Of a stretch of DNA of 64,000 nucleotides, positions 10,939 through 20,504 are shown in pieces (within the stretch, counting starts at the first letter, position 1; every line of letters begins with the position of its first letter). A program made the translations under genes and the position numbers. The notes beneath the pieces are model-generated. The model saw nothing but the letters and a program-made list of their open reading frames with translations, was not told the DNA's origin and searched no databases. Source of the stretch: a bacterium (GTDB lineage Bacteria; Chlamydiota; Chlamydiia; Chlamydiales; SM23-39); NCBI GenBank assembly GCA_021781995.1, contig JAJXVT010000001.1:70171-134170 (forward strand), written 5' to 3'.

Positions 10939-13900
10939 ATCTGCATAGACGTTTCCCGTAAATGCTCGATATAAAAAACTATGTCTATAAGAACTTTGTT
11001 TTTCAGGCGATAGCGATGGTAAAATGTGTTCTTCAAAATATCCTTGATATTCTTCTTTTCCCACTTCATGAAGCCATGAGCAAATCGCTGTTTGCTCTTC
11101 TGGATATGGATAATGTATTTCGCCATTGTATAATTTAGCTTGAATATACAAACGCATAAATTGACGGCGAGCATCATCATCATCTGGTTTTGGAAGAGAG
11201 CTCTCGTGAAGTGACTGTATTATTAGTGGCTTGTTTGTGGCAGATATTGTGATGAGTTGAAAAGAACAGGAGGAGGGAAGAGATCGGTCTGCGTCTGCAT
11301 AGAGATCTAGCCCATCATGAAGAGATGGTAAAATCATCGTCCAACGTTTAGTTTGGGTATTATAGCTTATCGCTGCAAGAAATGCGGGTACGCGATTTGA
11401 GTAATACACTGATTGGGGAGCCAAGTGGTGGGTTCCATTTCCTTCAGAAAACCATTGCTTCCATTTTGCGTATGTGTTTCCATCAGCACATGGATCACAG
11501 CAATCGCTTATCAGACAGGCCCTTATAGGTAGTAATTGTCGCTCTAAATTTTCTGATACATAAATATTATCATCGAAAAAGGGTAAAGATGCATGTAGAT
11601 CCCGCAGTAGATAGAATCCACTATGATCTGTGGATTTGTCGGTTATACATTTGATGTGCCACCAGGTTAACTTACAGTAAGGTCCATTAAAAATAGGATC
11701 CCTGCCTGTTTGAGCGATCTGAATAATCTCTTGCTCGGTTTCTGTTTGGGCTTCAGCTTCCTGAAGAGTTTCTGCTTCCACCTCTGTCAAGTTCTCTTCG
11801 TTGTTGCCGACGAGCTTCGGATATAAATAAACTCTTGTTTCAAAATCGCGAACTTGCATATTGCGAAGCTCTGAAAAGGAATCTAGGTTACGAGCTAATT
11901 TTTGTGCTTGATCAACACTTTGGCTTAGCACAGTGATTGGGCTTGTTAATCGTTGTATAGCTGCGTATTGGCGGTAACCGGGCATTCCTAAGGGGCGCGT
12001 TTTGGTAAATATAGAACTTTGGGAAAATTGTTCTGCCAGTAGAATAAGTTCTCGATTTGGCGCGCCCTGCTGAATTTGATTTGTAAAATGCGAGAGGGCT
12101 GCTCTTTTCGGCATGCTTTCAATGGCTTGTCTTTCTGCGCGAAAATTGTCTTCGGACTCGCGCATCGCTTCATTGATAACGCAAAATTGTAAAATATCAG
12201 TAGTTGTTAAGGGGCGATCTGATTTTTTTAGAATTTGCTTTTGCACTTTTTGAGATACAGCAAAGCTGATGGTTTGACCTTTATCCAAAGAGCGCAGCCG
12301 CCAGACAGCCTGAAATAACTCTGAAATAAATGTGTTTTCCCCGATTGTGACAAGAGCTTGTGCATCTGGAGCTTGCGCAATATCTGCACCTACAATATGA
12401 GGGTGATCGTAAAGAGTAAAGTTGCGATTCAATGCGGTGTGAGCAGCTGATTCTAATGGTAAAATATCGCCGCTTTCGCGCGTTTTTTTTACGATGCGCC
12501 CGGTTGCATCGAAATATATCCCTGCATTAGCGCCTTGTGCGCAACAATGAGCTATAAATTCTTGATTTTCTATTCCGCGTAAATACGCTCCTGCATCAAT
12601 CAATGCCTGGTATCGATGCGATGGGATGTCAATGACTTGGAGCAATGATTCAGAAGGGGATAATGGGTCGAATTCAAACACTTGAATATCGATGCGTCTA
12701 TTGAGCATGATGGCCCAGGTTGATCCGTCGACAGGTAAATTTCTCGTAGGGGTGATTTTGTCGTGATATGAGTGCAGATTCCATGGAGTTCCTGTAAAGC
12801 CTCCAAAATTTTTTACTATATCTGGCACATCTAATGAAGTGGAGTGAATTTGTAGTGGGTATTGTTTGATTTGAGGAAGAACAATTTTTTCTGCAAATGT
12901 TTGTCTAGCGTGTGTATTGATATGGCAAATGAGAGCTTCTATATTTTCTTTTTCCACTATCAATTCAAGCTGCGGCGCCTGAGCGATGCCAATGTTTTGC
13001 ATAAATTTTTGGTATTGTCTTGCCGCCGTTGTTTGATCTAATCTCATCGATGAGAGCGGGTTTGTTTTTTTCTCTAACAATAATTGTTTTTGCGCTTCGC
13101 TCAACCATTGCTCGACAAGTATTGTAATCAGTTCTTTGCTCACTCCGTTTTGTAGATAATCCACGAGCGTGAAGCAAATCTTTTCAATATCATCATCAAA
13201 TTCAGACCCGATGTGAGGCGTATTGTTTGCTTTGTAAGGAATTGTCCATTGCCGAGAAATAGGATCTCTGCCGAAATGAACGTTTCCGACGCGCGATAAA
13301 ACGGTTGCAAATCCTCTTTGTAAAAAGGCTTTCAAAGATGCGATTTCTTGGAAAAGATTGGAGTGACGCAGTTCTAAAGCCAAAACTGTTCTTTCAACAG
13401 CTCTTGATCTCAACTCATTGTCATCAGTGACTTTTTCCGTTAGGTATTCAACGAGATCATCTTGAGAAATCGCATCTAAAGCGATGTTGTAGCGGGTAAG
13501 ATATACAACAGCTAATCTTTTAAGAAGCTTTCTTTTTGTTTCGTTTGAAATTGCAGCCTGGCTATTGTGTCTTAAGTCAACTGCAAGCCCATGCAATTCA
13601 ACATCGTCAGACTCCATGATCAGACGCAGCAAGTTGGATCCAACTTGAATTTTTATTGAGTCTATGGGTGTGGGATCGCCCATAGAAAAATTCACTTCCT
13701 TTCGAATGTCTAAACAAGCGTGTATTTCGTCGGCAATTACATCCGCGTGATGCAAAAGCAAGTGAGCTATGCGACCCATTGCAATGAGAGATCCAAGTAC
13801 GTTTTCTCTTTCTACTCTAGATAGTGTTTTATCGCCGGCTTTTGTAAGTAGCAAGACATAGCTATTGCGGAAAGCTAAAAGGCTACGCTTTGTCGAAAGA

Positions 13901-16900
13901 ATGTACCCGCGGGAGTCTATTGTTTTGCATAAACGCTGATGTAGAGAAGTCATGGTCTCAGGGCTTGTATCGCTTCTTCGACTGAAATCAAAACGATGCA
14001 TTACTTGCCCGAATAAATTCCGATTAGTCTGTTCTAAATCACGGCAATTTGTTTCGTATAACTCTTCAGGAAGAAGTACGATAACTAGGTTTTCTCCGTT
14101 TGCTTTGCTCTTAGCAAGCAAGGGCAGCAGTACCTTGGATTTGCCATCGCCCATTCTCAGTTGCCTTGCTGCGCAAGGATTTTGGATCATTTCGCGAAAA
14201 ACTTCTACTTGCTGGCGGCGTAAAATGAGTTTTTCTATATATTCTAAGAAAAGCAAATCCCGCCCATCCGGATCTTCAATCGAAAAATGTCTTTGCGCTT
14301 GGACGGTATCGTAAAGCGATTCAAGAGCCGATGCATTCTTCTCTAACTCCCAACTTGCTAATTTTGTTAATGCATTTCCAATTTGTTGAAGTTCAATAGT
14401 GCAAAGAATGTATTGTAAAATGTTGCGATTTAGGTCTTGATTGAATTCAACGACAGTTGCACGCTCTCGCCATAACCCAACTGCAGTATCTATCGTAGGT
14501 TTTTCTAATTCTCCTAAGTAGCGAAGAGCTGTGCGTTGATAAAGAGGTAGATCGATAAAACTTTCAAATTTTGTAAGAACTGCAGCTTGTAAGTGTCTTT
14601 GCTCCATGAGTAACGCGTCTTTTCTTCCGATGAGAGCTGTGTGCAATAAAGTAGCAGTCGCGTCTGTTAGTTCAATGATTCTTTGCGTCTGAGGATGAGC
14701 GTTGAACGCTTGTCGATGCTCTTCGACTACACGGGAAAAATCTTCATTGGTGAAATTAGTAAAGAAGCTGTCTTCAGAGAGAACTCGCTCTTCGCGAACT
14801 ACAAAATAGGGAGCGTCTGGGGACATTGCAATGATTTTGGCAGATACATTCTGGGCGTAGCACAAAGGTTTAGCTTCGCGAAGCCCTGCTCGAGGCTCAC
14901 CTATCCTGCAGACGTTACGCTTTTCATGTGGCGGCTGCAGGAATTGGTACCGGTCTTTAATTGTAATAGCAGGGACATCCGAGCTCTGTTGTAAGCGCAG
15001 TTGTGCAGGTGAACGAGCTGGTAAAACAATCGCTTCTTTCGAGTTGTTTTTAAACAGTTGTTTCAATTGACTAATAAGTTGCTTTCCGAAAAATCCATAG
15101 GTTTGATTTCCAATAAATTTCTCGATAGGTTGCTCGCGAGGAATTCCTAGAGTAGCATTCCACGCCATTGAAAACACACCGTTAGAGGCAGCGAGTAAAA
15201 TGACAGGGCCGAGTATTCTTAAAGCCCAGGTGATGGGTGTTGGCACAAAACCTAGAATGTAAAATGGGATGTTTGCGTACAACTGACTTTGCATGGTGGG
15301 AAATGCTCTATGAGCGAGAGCTTCTGTATTTCTCATCCATGCGGGCGCGTCGCGACCGCGTAAATTGAAATAGCGATCGCATAATACGGCAATTTGTTTT
15401 AGCTGCTCATCTGCAGTAGGATCATTATGCCATTGACGGACGCGATTTCGTAGAGTAAGCTCATCTAAAGAGCTCACCTCTCGTAGGGCTCTTTCATAAA
15501 GTTGCAGCGCTTGATTTCGACTAGATACTTTAGAACCAAATATTCTCTGCCACCAGAGAATCCATCGGACTTTTAAAAATGCGTTTCTAGCGTCAGCTAA
15601 TTTATAGGGAGAATCGCGAAATTGAGTTTCTTGCTTTTTGATGAGATCTAATAAGTATTTTTTTAAAGCTCCGGTTACGTGGGTTTTGATTCGTAATTCC
15701 AAGTAATTTAATAAATGCGCTTCATCTGCAGCAGGGTTGTGTTGTAAAATTTCAGATAGAAGAGATTGCACCGTGCGCCAGCTTTCTGAGGTTGCTCCTT
15801 CTGTCCAGAGTTTTAGAGCAATATCGGTAACGTCTATTTCTTGCTGCTCGACCACCGCAGACGGGCTTGCGCCGTTTTGGTTTAGTCGAGGTAAGGGAGC
15901 TTCTACTGCATCATCTCCGTGATGGTGTAATAATTCTTCGATACATCTATGGACAATGTCGAGTTCTTCTACAGTTAAGGCCAGCAAATTTTGACCTTGC
16001 ATTGCCGATTTATAAGCGCGATAAAGGTCAGCGATGCGCAGGAGCTTTTCTTTACGTACAATGGGATCAGTCAGAGATTTCGTTTGAGGAACAAGGCGCA
16101 ATTGCAGAGCGCGATCGGATTGAATTTCTTCAGCAAAAAGCTCCCATTTCAAAAGTATAGCTACTTCATTTGGCCCACGGCCGTCTATTTCTCGGATCCA
16201 AGAAAGAATTTGCGAAACGCGTTTGTCATATCCGGCGCTTGTACGTGCTTTTTGTAACATTACAGCAGCGTTTGCATAATCCCAATGAATGCAGTATAGA
16301 TATGCAAGGTACATATATCCTTCGGCTGTTTGAGTTCGCAGCCGATTGCTTTGGGGATCTAAATCATATTCAAAGACCGGGCACGCTTCCACTCCAAAAA
16401 GAGGAGCGCGCTCTGATTGCGGTAGTTGACATTTGGATCGCGTTTGCAAACGAGATATGCGCCGCATGGGGATGAGCACTTTTTGCCGATCTTGTTTTTC
16501 GAGGAGCTGGTATTGCGTAAATGTTCTCGGCAGCGGTAATGTGCCAGCGTCAAAATTTCGCAGTCCGGCGATGGTTCCGAAAGGTTTTAGGATATATCCC
16601 GGAAAATTTTGGCATCGAATTTGATCTTCTGATATGTCGTAGATTAAGGGAAGGTCGCTGCCGACAATGCGGTAGCGGCTATATTCAATTTGCAAAAGAG
16701 CGCCGAGCCTTCCTGTCGTCAAAAGGTATTGAGGTTCTTCAATCGAGGAAAATGATCTCAAATATTCCGCGGAAATGGATAAAACTTCTGTATTGGACTC
16801 GCACAATTGCATGCTTATAATTCGCGGACTAGCAAATCCTAATAGCTGACTAGCAGATCCCAGAAGCGGCTGTTGAATTTGGATGATTGCATAAGGCGCA

Positions 16901-19900
16901 TCGCCTTCTTGCGGCATGACATAAATGGCTGTTCCTTGCGGGTGGACATAACATTTGCGATTGCCTACAGCAAGAGCGCAGTTCCATGGTAAAATCGGAA
17001 TGTCCTGTGCATTTTCGTCATGATTAGGGGATACATAATTGCTTTGCGACGGAAAATGAACCAAATTCATCCACATGCCATCAATTTGTCTTTGGACTAC
17101 TGGCTGTAAATCTGAGTTGAGAACCAGTATTCGCAAATGTGGGTGGCGGGCATGTACAAATCCCATGGCATCCGGTTGCTTTGCACCTCGATATCCCTGC
17201 CATTGTCCATCAAATAATTCTTGGCCGTAATGCTTCAGTAACCCCTGATGGCAAGTCAAAAATGCAGGTAGTCTTTGAGAGTTTCCTAAATCTAGTTCTA
17301 ATTGTCCGATGGATAAATTAAGTCGATACCGCCCATTTGCACAGTTCGCGTATAAGATAGGAAATGTAGCAATTTCCCATTGCAAATTACGCGCTTCTAA
17401 CGAAGGACTTATCCACAAAACGATTTGATTTATAAAATCATTGACAAGATCTGGTTGAAGAGATGACTGGACCTTCGTAAGAACCCATGAACGTAGCGCA
17501 AGGTAGCGTATTTTTTGATTTTTTTCAATGAGATCGCTCACGTGTGGAAATAGCTCTAATCTACCGATCATCGCTAAAATTCTTTGTTGTACCCGTGGGG
17601 TTTTAAAAAACTCGCAATTGGGATCATCCAGAAATTTTTCCCAATACTGATCTAATAAAATTGGAAATAGTAAATACATCTGCTTAAGCGAGATGGTATC
17701 AAACCTTGTGAGATATTCTTCTGCCCATTGAGTCATTTGATTTTCATCAAGACGTGTGACCTGTGGACACTTTCTAGCTGCTGTTTGATATAAAAACGCT
17801 GCTGTCCCCCATTTTTCACGCGCGATACAATTGGCTATTTGCTGGTTCACTCTTTTTGTTAAATTTTGTGTAAATGAATTGTCATATGTGAAGTAAACGT
17901 TTGATTGTATTGTGAAAAATAACCACTGCAGGGCAGGAATTTCTATAAAATGAGTGTTGTCTAAAAACAATTCCCATAAAATACTAGATTTGTAGGAGGT
18001 TGTGTTGAGATCGCGATTATGAAATCTTGCGAAAACTATTATTTTTTTTGCCTCTTCTTGTGTAAGTCCTAATGAAGTTAACCACATTAAATCTGAGGCG
18101 CTAAAACTAAACACTTGGGCGGTAGTCACATCATCGGAATTTCGAGAAACCTGGGGTGATACGTAAAGGCTATTTATTTTACTCTGAAAAGATTGAAGTT
18201 GTTTTGGCCAGCTCATATCTGTCCCCATTTCGCGTCTAGAAAATACTAGTTGCTCAATTTCCTTCGGACAAATTGGGTTCTGTAATTCAGTCAGGCCATT
18301 CGCGCGATTAGGAGGAATTGGAGCAGTATCTCTAAGAGCTCTTTGAAATTTTTCAGATTCTAAAGGGGGCAAAGTTGTTAGTCGGAGATTTCCAAGACTC
18401 AAATCCAATACCAACTGATTTGCGTGCCATTTAACGGATTCTACAGGTCGGATGTTCGGAGAAGCGTGCGAAAAGCGCATGCACGAGAGCATATCAAACG
18501 AGTAGATAGATCCTGGATGCATATAGAAATGTTCTATTCCGAATAATTTTGCTATTAAATTGTGAGGATATACTTTGAGATAAACTCGAGCGGTGTAGGT
18601 ACAAAGAAATTCATGAGCGACACGTATATTGACAGGCAGTTGATAGTGCAAAGAACCATACTGATTTTTAACGCGTGGATAACCTTTGATGATGATGTGA
18701 AACATCGTGCAGCATGTGGATATAATGCGTTGCGCCTCTTTTTTAGTGCAATTGTTCCAGATAGGATGATCAACATCCGGAAACCACTGCGTCATTAAAT
18801 AGGCTTCGTGGGCGGCTAGTTCAGGACTTATTTTGGATAGAGATTGTAGTCGGCAAATCCATTGTTCAAAAGTTTGTAATGGGTTTTCCTTGTTTAAGGT
18901 GACCAAAGGCGTATCTATGTTGCGGAACGTAAATGATTCAGAATTTGCTGTAATTAATTGAGGGTTGGCTGGAGGTGCATAGAGAAGAATAGGCGCGGAT
19001 ACGGGCGATCCAGTCTTTGGAAATGAAACCTCGGGTGCAATATTTGCTATTGTTTGCAACAGCTCGGTTAATTCATGGCAAAGAGCCTGAGCGTTTTGCA
19101 CTCCAGTTGTGCGTTCAAGCGCTTGAAGTAAAGACAATGCAGTGGTTTGCGCAAGTATGCGGAATTTTTCATTTTGCAGATGTTCTCGATGCGTGCGGCA
19201 AACATCAAAAAAAGCGCCAATCCGAAACGCTAAATCATAATGAGCAGCACTATCGTTCGGAAGATGTCCATTGGAGCTTGCGTAAGCGACTAACTCATCT
19301 AGATGAGTTAGTTCCACATCACTTGTAAATTCTACTACAGCTTCTTGCTCAACTAAGGAGCTTCCTGAAAAATTGAGCGCGTCGATAAATGCTTGTTGCC
19401 AACTATCAAAACTAAGCTCTAGATCTGGTGCATACTGCCGATAAGTTGGATCTGTACACAATCCGATGAGCCGGGGGATCGCGCAACGCAACATGCGAAA
19501 AGAAATGTTTTGGATGATTCTTCTAGTTGCTCGAAAACGCAATCCGTCAACGTCTGATGCACCGTCAAATAAATTTAAAGTATCAGGAGTTGCAGAAATC
19601 AGCGCTGCTGAAAATGATCTTAATGTTAGCGAATCATATGAGTCTGTTCGTTTGATTTCTAAAAGCGCCTCGATTCGCCTTCCAGCCATGTAATAACCAA
19701 CGGGGACAAGTAATATTTCATTTTTAGACAATTTTTCAATTTGTGAGATCCAGATTTCAGATAACTCTGCTAATTTTGGCAAAGAAAATTGTTCGTGTAA
19801 TATAAATAATTCATTACAGCGTCTCTGCGCTTCTAAAAGTCTGTTGATAAAATTGATAGATTCCGGAGCGTCCGATTGTTCTTTACTGAGAATTGTCGTC

Positions 19901-20235
19901 ACATATTCTAGAGCTTCGCGGATAGTGAACCGCCCATGATCCGGGCGGATATTTGCAATTTCAGTCAGCAGTTTTAAATCGTGTTGCAATCGCTCAGCTT
20001 GATGGTTTTGGTGATGAGTCAGAGCTTCATATATCCGATCTATCCATGGAAAGATGCGGCACAACACTAAAAAAAAGTTTTTAATAATTGTTATAATAAT
20101 ATTTTGAGCTGGCGGAATTATTGGATTTTCAGGAGCTGGAAGATCTACCCGTTGAGGTGGTGTAAATCTCTCTAAGGCGAGGTTAGCTCGTAAAGGTGCA
20201 TCGACAGAACTTGAAATCGAAGGCAAATGACTCAT
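10909..20235 (-). CDS. Giant protein (~3,108 aa) with an internal P-loop/DExH ATPase-like core (DUF3638/DUF3645-like by recollection); effector candidate
   Basis: Single 9.3-kb ORF. QLRMGDGKSKVLLPLLA (nt 14137-14151 encode GDGKS), VIADEIHACLD (DEIH at 13720-13731) and GGFTGTPWN (about 12779-12805). The track start at 20283 is a TTG inside a repeat element; the ATG at 20235 (MSHLPSISS) is more plausible. Confidence 0.8.
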   Translation of the reverse strand: MSHLPSISSSVDAPLRANLALERFTPPQRVDLPAPENPIIPPAQNIIITIIKNFFLVLCRIFPWIDRIYEALTHHQNHQAERLQHDLKLLTEIANIRPDHGRFTIREALEYVTTILSKEQSDAPESINFINRLLEAQRRCNELFILHEQFSLPKLAELSEIWISQIEKLSKNEILLVPVGYYMAGRRIEALLEIKRTDSYDSLTLRSFSAALISATPDTLNLFDGASDVDGLRFRATRRIIQNISFRMLRCAIPRLIGLCTDPTYRQYAPDLELSFDSWQQAFIDALNFSGSSLVEQEAVVEFTSDVELTHLDELVAYASSNGHLPNDSAAHYDLAFRIGAFFDVCRTHREHLQNEKFRILAQTTALSLLQALERTTGVQNAQALCHELTELLQTIANIAPEVSFPKTGSPVSAPILLYAPPANPQLITANSESFTFRNIDTPLVTLNKENPLQTFEQWICRLQSLSKISPELAAHEAYLMTQWFPDVDHPIWNNCTKKEAQRIISTCCTMFHIIIKGYPRVKNQYGSLHYQLPVNIRVAHEFLCTYTARVYLKVYPHNLIAKLFGIEHFYMHPGSIYSFDMLSCMRFSHASPNIRPVESVKWHANQLVLDLSLGNLRLTTLPPLESEKFQRALRDTAPIPPNRANGLTELQNPICPKEIEQLVFSRREMGTDMSWPKQLQSFQSKINSLYVSPQVSRNSDDVTTAQVFSFSASDLMWLTSLGLTQEEAKKIIVFARFHNRDLNTTSYKSSILWELFLDNTHFIEIPALQWLFFTIQSNVYFTYDNSFTQNLTKRVNQQIANCIAREKWGTAAFLYQTAARKCPQVTRLDENQMTQWAEEYLTRFDTISLKQMYLLFPILLDQYWEKFLDDPNCEFFKTPRVQQRILAMIGRLELFPHVSDLIEKNQKIRYLALRSWVLTKVQSSLQPDLVNDFINQIVLWISPSLEARNLQWEIATFPILYANCANGRYRLNLSIGQLELDLGNSQRLPAFLTCHQGLLKHYGQELFDGQWQGYRGAKQPDAMGFVHARHPHLRILVLNSDLQPVVQRQIDGMWMNLVHFPSQSNYVSPNHDENAQDIPILPWNCALAVGNRKCYVHPQGTAIYVMPQEGDAPYAIIQIQQPLLGSASQLLGFASPRIISMQLCESNTEVLSISAEYLRSFSSIEEPQYLLTTGRLGALLQIEYSRYRIVGSDLPLIYDISEDQIRCQNFPGYILKPFGTIAGLRNFDAGTLPLPRTFTQYQLLEKQDRQKVLIPMRRISRLQTRSKCQLPQSERAPLFGVEACPVFEYDLDPQSNRLRTQTAEGYMYLAYLYCIHWDYANAAVMLQKARTSAGYDKRVSQILSWIREIDGRGPNEVAILLKWELFAEEIQSDRALQLRLVPQTKSLTDPIVRKEKLLRIADLYRAYKSAMQGQNLLALTVEELDIVHRCIEELLHHHGDDAVEAPLPRLNQNGASPSAVVEQQEIDVTDIALKLWTEGATSESWRTVQSLLSEILQHNPAADEAHLLNYLELRIKTHVTGALKKYLLDLIKKQETQFRDSPYKLADARNAFLKVRWILWWQRIFGSKVSSRNQALQLYERALREVSSLDELTLRNRVRQWHNDPTADEQLKQIAVLCDRYFNLRGRDAPAWMRNTEALAHRAFPTMQSQLYANIPFYILGFVPTPITWALRILGPVILLAASNGVFSMAWNATLGIPREQPIEKFIGNQTYGFFGKQLISQLKQLFKNNSKEAIVLPARSPAQLRLQQSSDVPAITIKDRYQFLQPPHEKRNVCRIGEPRAGLREAKPLCYAQNVSAKIIAMSPDAPYFVVREERVLSEDSFFTNFTNEDFSRVVEEHRQAFNAHPQTQRIIELTDATATLLHTALIGRKDALLMEQRHLQAAVLTKFESFIDLPLYQRTALRYLGELEKPTIDTAVGLWRERATVVEFNQDLNRNILQYILCTIELQQIGNALTKLASWELEKNASALESLYDTVQAQRHFSIEDPDGRDLLFLEYIEKLILRRQQVEVFREMIQNPCAARQLRMGDGKSKVLLPLLAKSKANGENLVIVLLPEELYETNCRDLEQTNRNLFGQVMHRFDFSRRSDTSPETMTSLHQRLCKTIDSRGYILSTKRSLLAFRNSYVLLLTKAGDKTLSRVERENVLGSLIAMGRIAHLLLHHADVIADEIHACLDIRKEVNFSMGDPTPIDSIKIQVGSNLLRLIMESDDVELHGLAVDLRHNSQAAISNETKRKLLKRLAVVYLTRYNIALDAISQDDLVEYLTEKVTDDNELRSRAVERTVLALELRHSNLFQEIASLKAFLQRGFATVLSRVGNVHFGRDPISRQWTIPYKANNTPHIGSEFDDDIEKICFTLVDYLQNGVSKELITILVEQWLSEAQKQLLLEKKTNPLSSMRLDQTTAARQYQKFMQNIGIAQAPQLELIVEKENIEALICHINTHARQTFAEKIVLPQIKQYPLQIHSTSLDVPDIVKNFGGFTGTPWNLHSYHDKITPTRNLPVDGSTWAIMLNRRIDIQVFEFDPLSPSESLLQVIDIPSHRYQALIDAGAYLRGIENQEFIAHCCAQGANAGIYFDATGRIVKKTRESGDILPLESAAHTALNRNFTLYDHPHIVGADIAQAPDAQALVTIGENTFISELFQAVWRLRSLDKGQTISFAVSQKVQKQILKKSDRPLTTTDILQFCVINEAMRESEDNFRAERQAIESMPKRAALSHFTNQIQQGAPNRELILLAEQFSQSSIFTKTRPLGMPGYRQYAAIQRLTSPITVLSQSVDQAQKLARNLDSFSELRNMQVRDFETRVYLYPKLVGNNEENLTEVEAETLQEAEAQTETEQEIIQIAQTGRDPIFNGPYCKLTWWHIKCITDKSTDHSGFYLLRDLHASLPFFDDNIYVSENLERQLLPIRACLISDCCDPCADGNTYAKWKQWFSEGNGTHHLAPQSVYYSNRVPAFLAAISYNTQTKRWTMILPSLHDGLDLYADADRSLPSSCSFQLITISATNKPLIIQSLHESSLPKPDDDDARRQFMRLYIQAKLYNGEIHYPYPEEQTAICSWLHEVGKEEYQGYFEEHILPSLSPEKQSSYRHSFLYRAFTGNVYADLDDQKENEL

Positions 20236-20264
20236 TTGTTCATCCGTATATTTTTTTACCAATA

Positions 20265-20299
20265 GAGGTAGCTGGGCGCTCAAGTTTTACAACTGCCTT
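20265..20299. repeat. Truncated copy (copy C) of the GAGG...CCTC palindromic element
   Basis: gaggtag + ctgggcgctcaagttttacaactgcctt. The latter matches copy B at 48805-48832 (ctgggcgctcaagttttgcaactacctc) at 25 of 28 positions. Confidence 0.6.
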
Positions 20300-20504
20300 A
20301 TATTTTATATTAATTTTGTTTATTTTAATACGTTAAGTTTTTTATATACATTCTTCTTTTATGCCACTTGTTAATAAATGATTTTAATGCCAAAATTGGG
20401 CATTTAACGCCGTTTGAAGTAGGCGCTGAACACTCAAATTAAAGAGCAAAAGGATTCTCTTTTCAGCGCAGGAAGCAGGGTCTGATTTGCAATTGGCTTA
20501 GAAA

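Noticed and set aside
17409-17417. Perfect DnaA-box-like TTATCCACA.
   Set aside because: It is a single occurrence deep inside the giant coding region, far from dnaA and not clustered, so it is most likely chance. No DnaA-box cluster was seen flanking dnaA (36591-36664 or 39804-39926), and oriC cannot be placed in this window.
20236-20283. N-terminal 16 codons of the giant ORF, starting at a TTG.
   Set aside because: This segment lies inside and next to the truncated repeat element. The downstream ATG at 20235 is the more plausible start.
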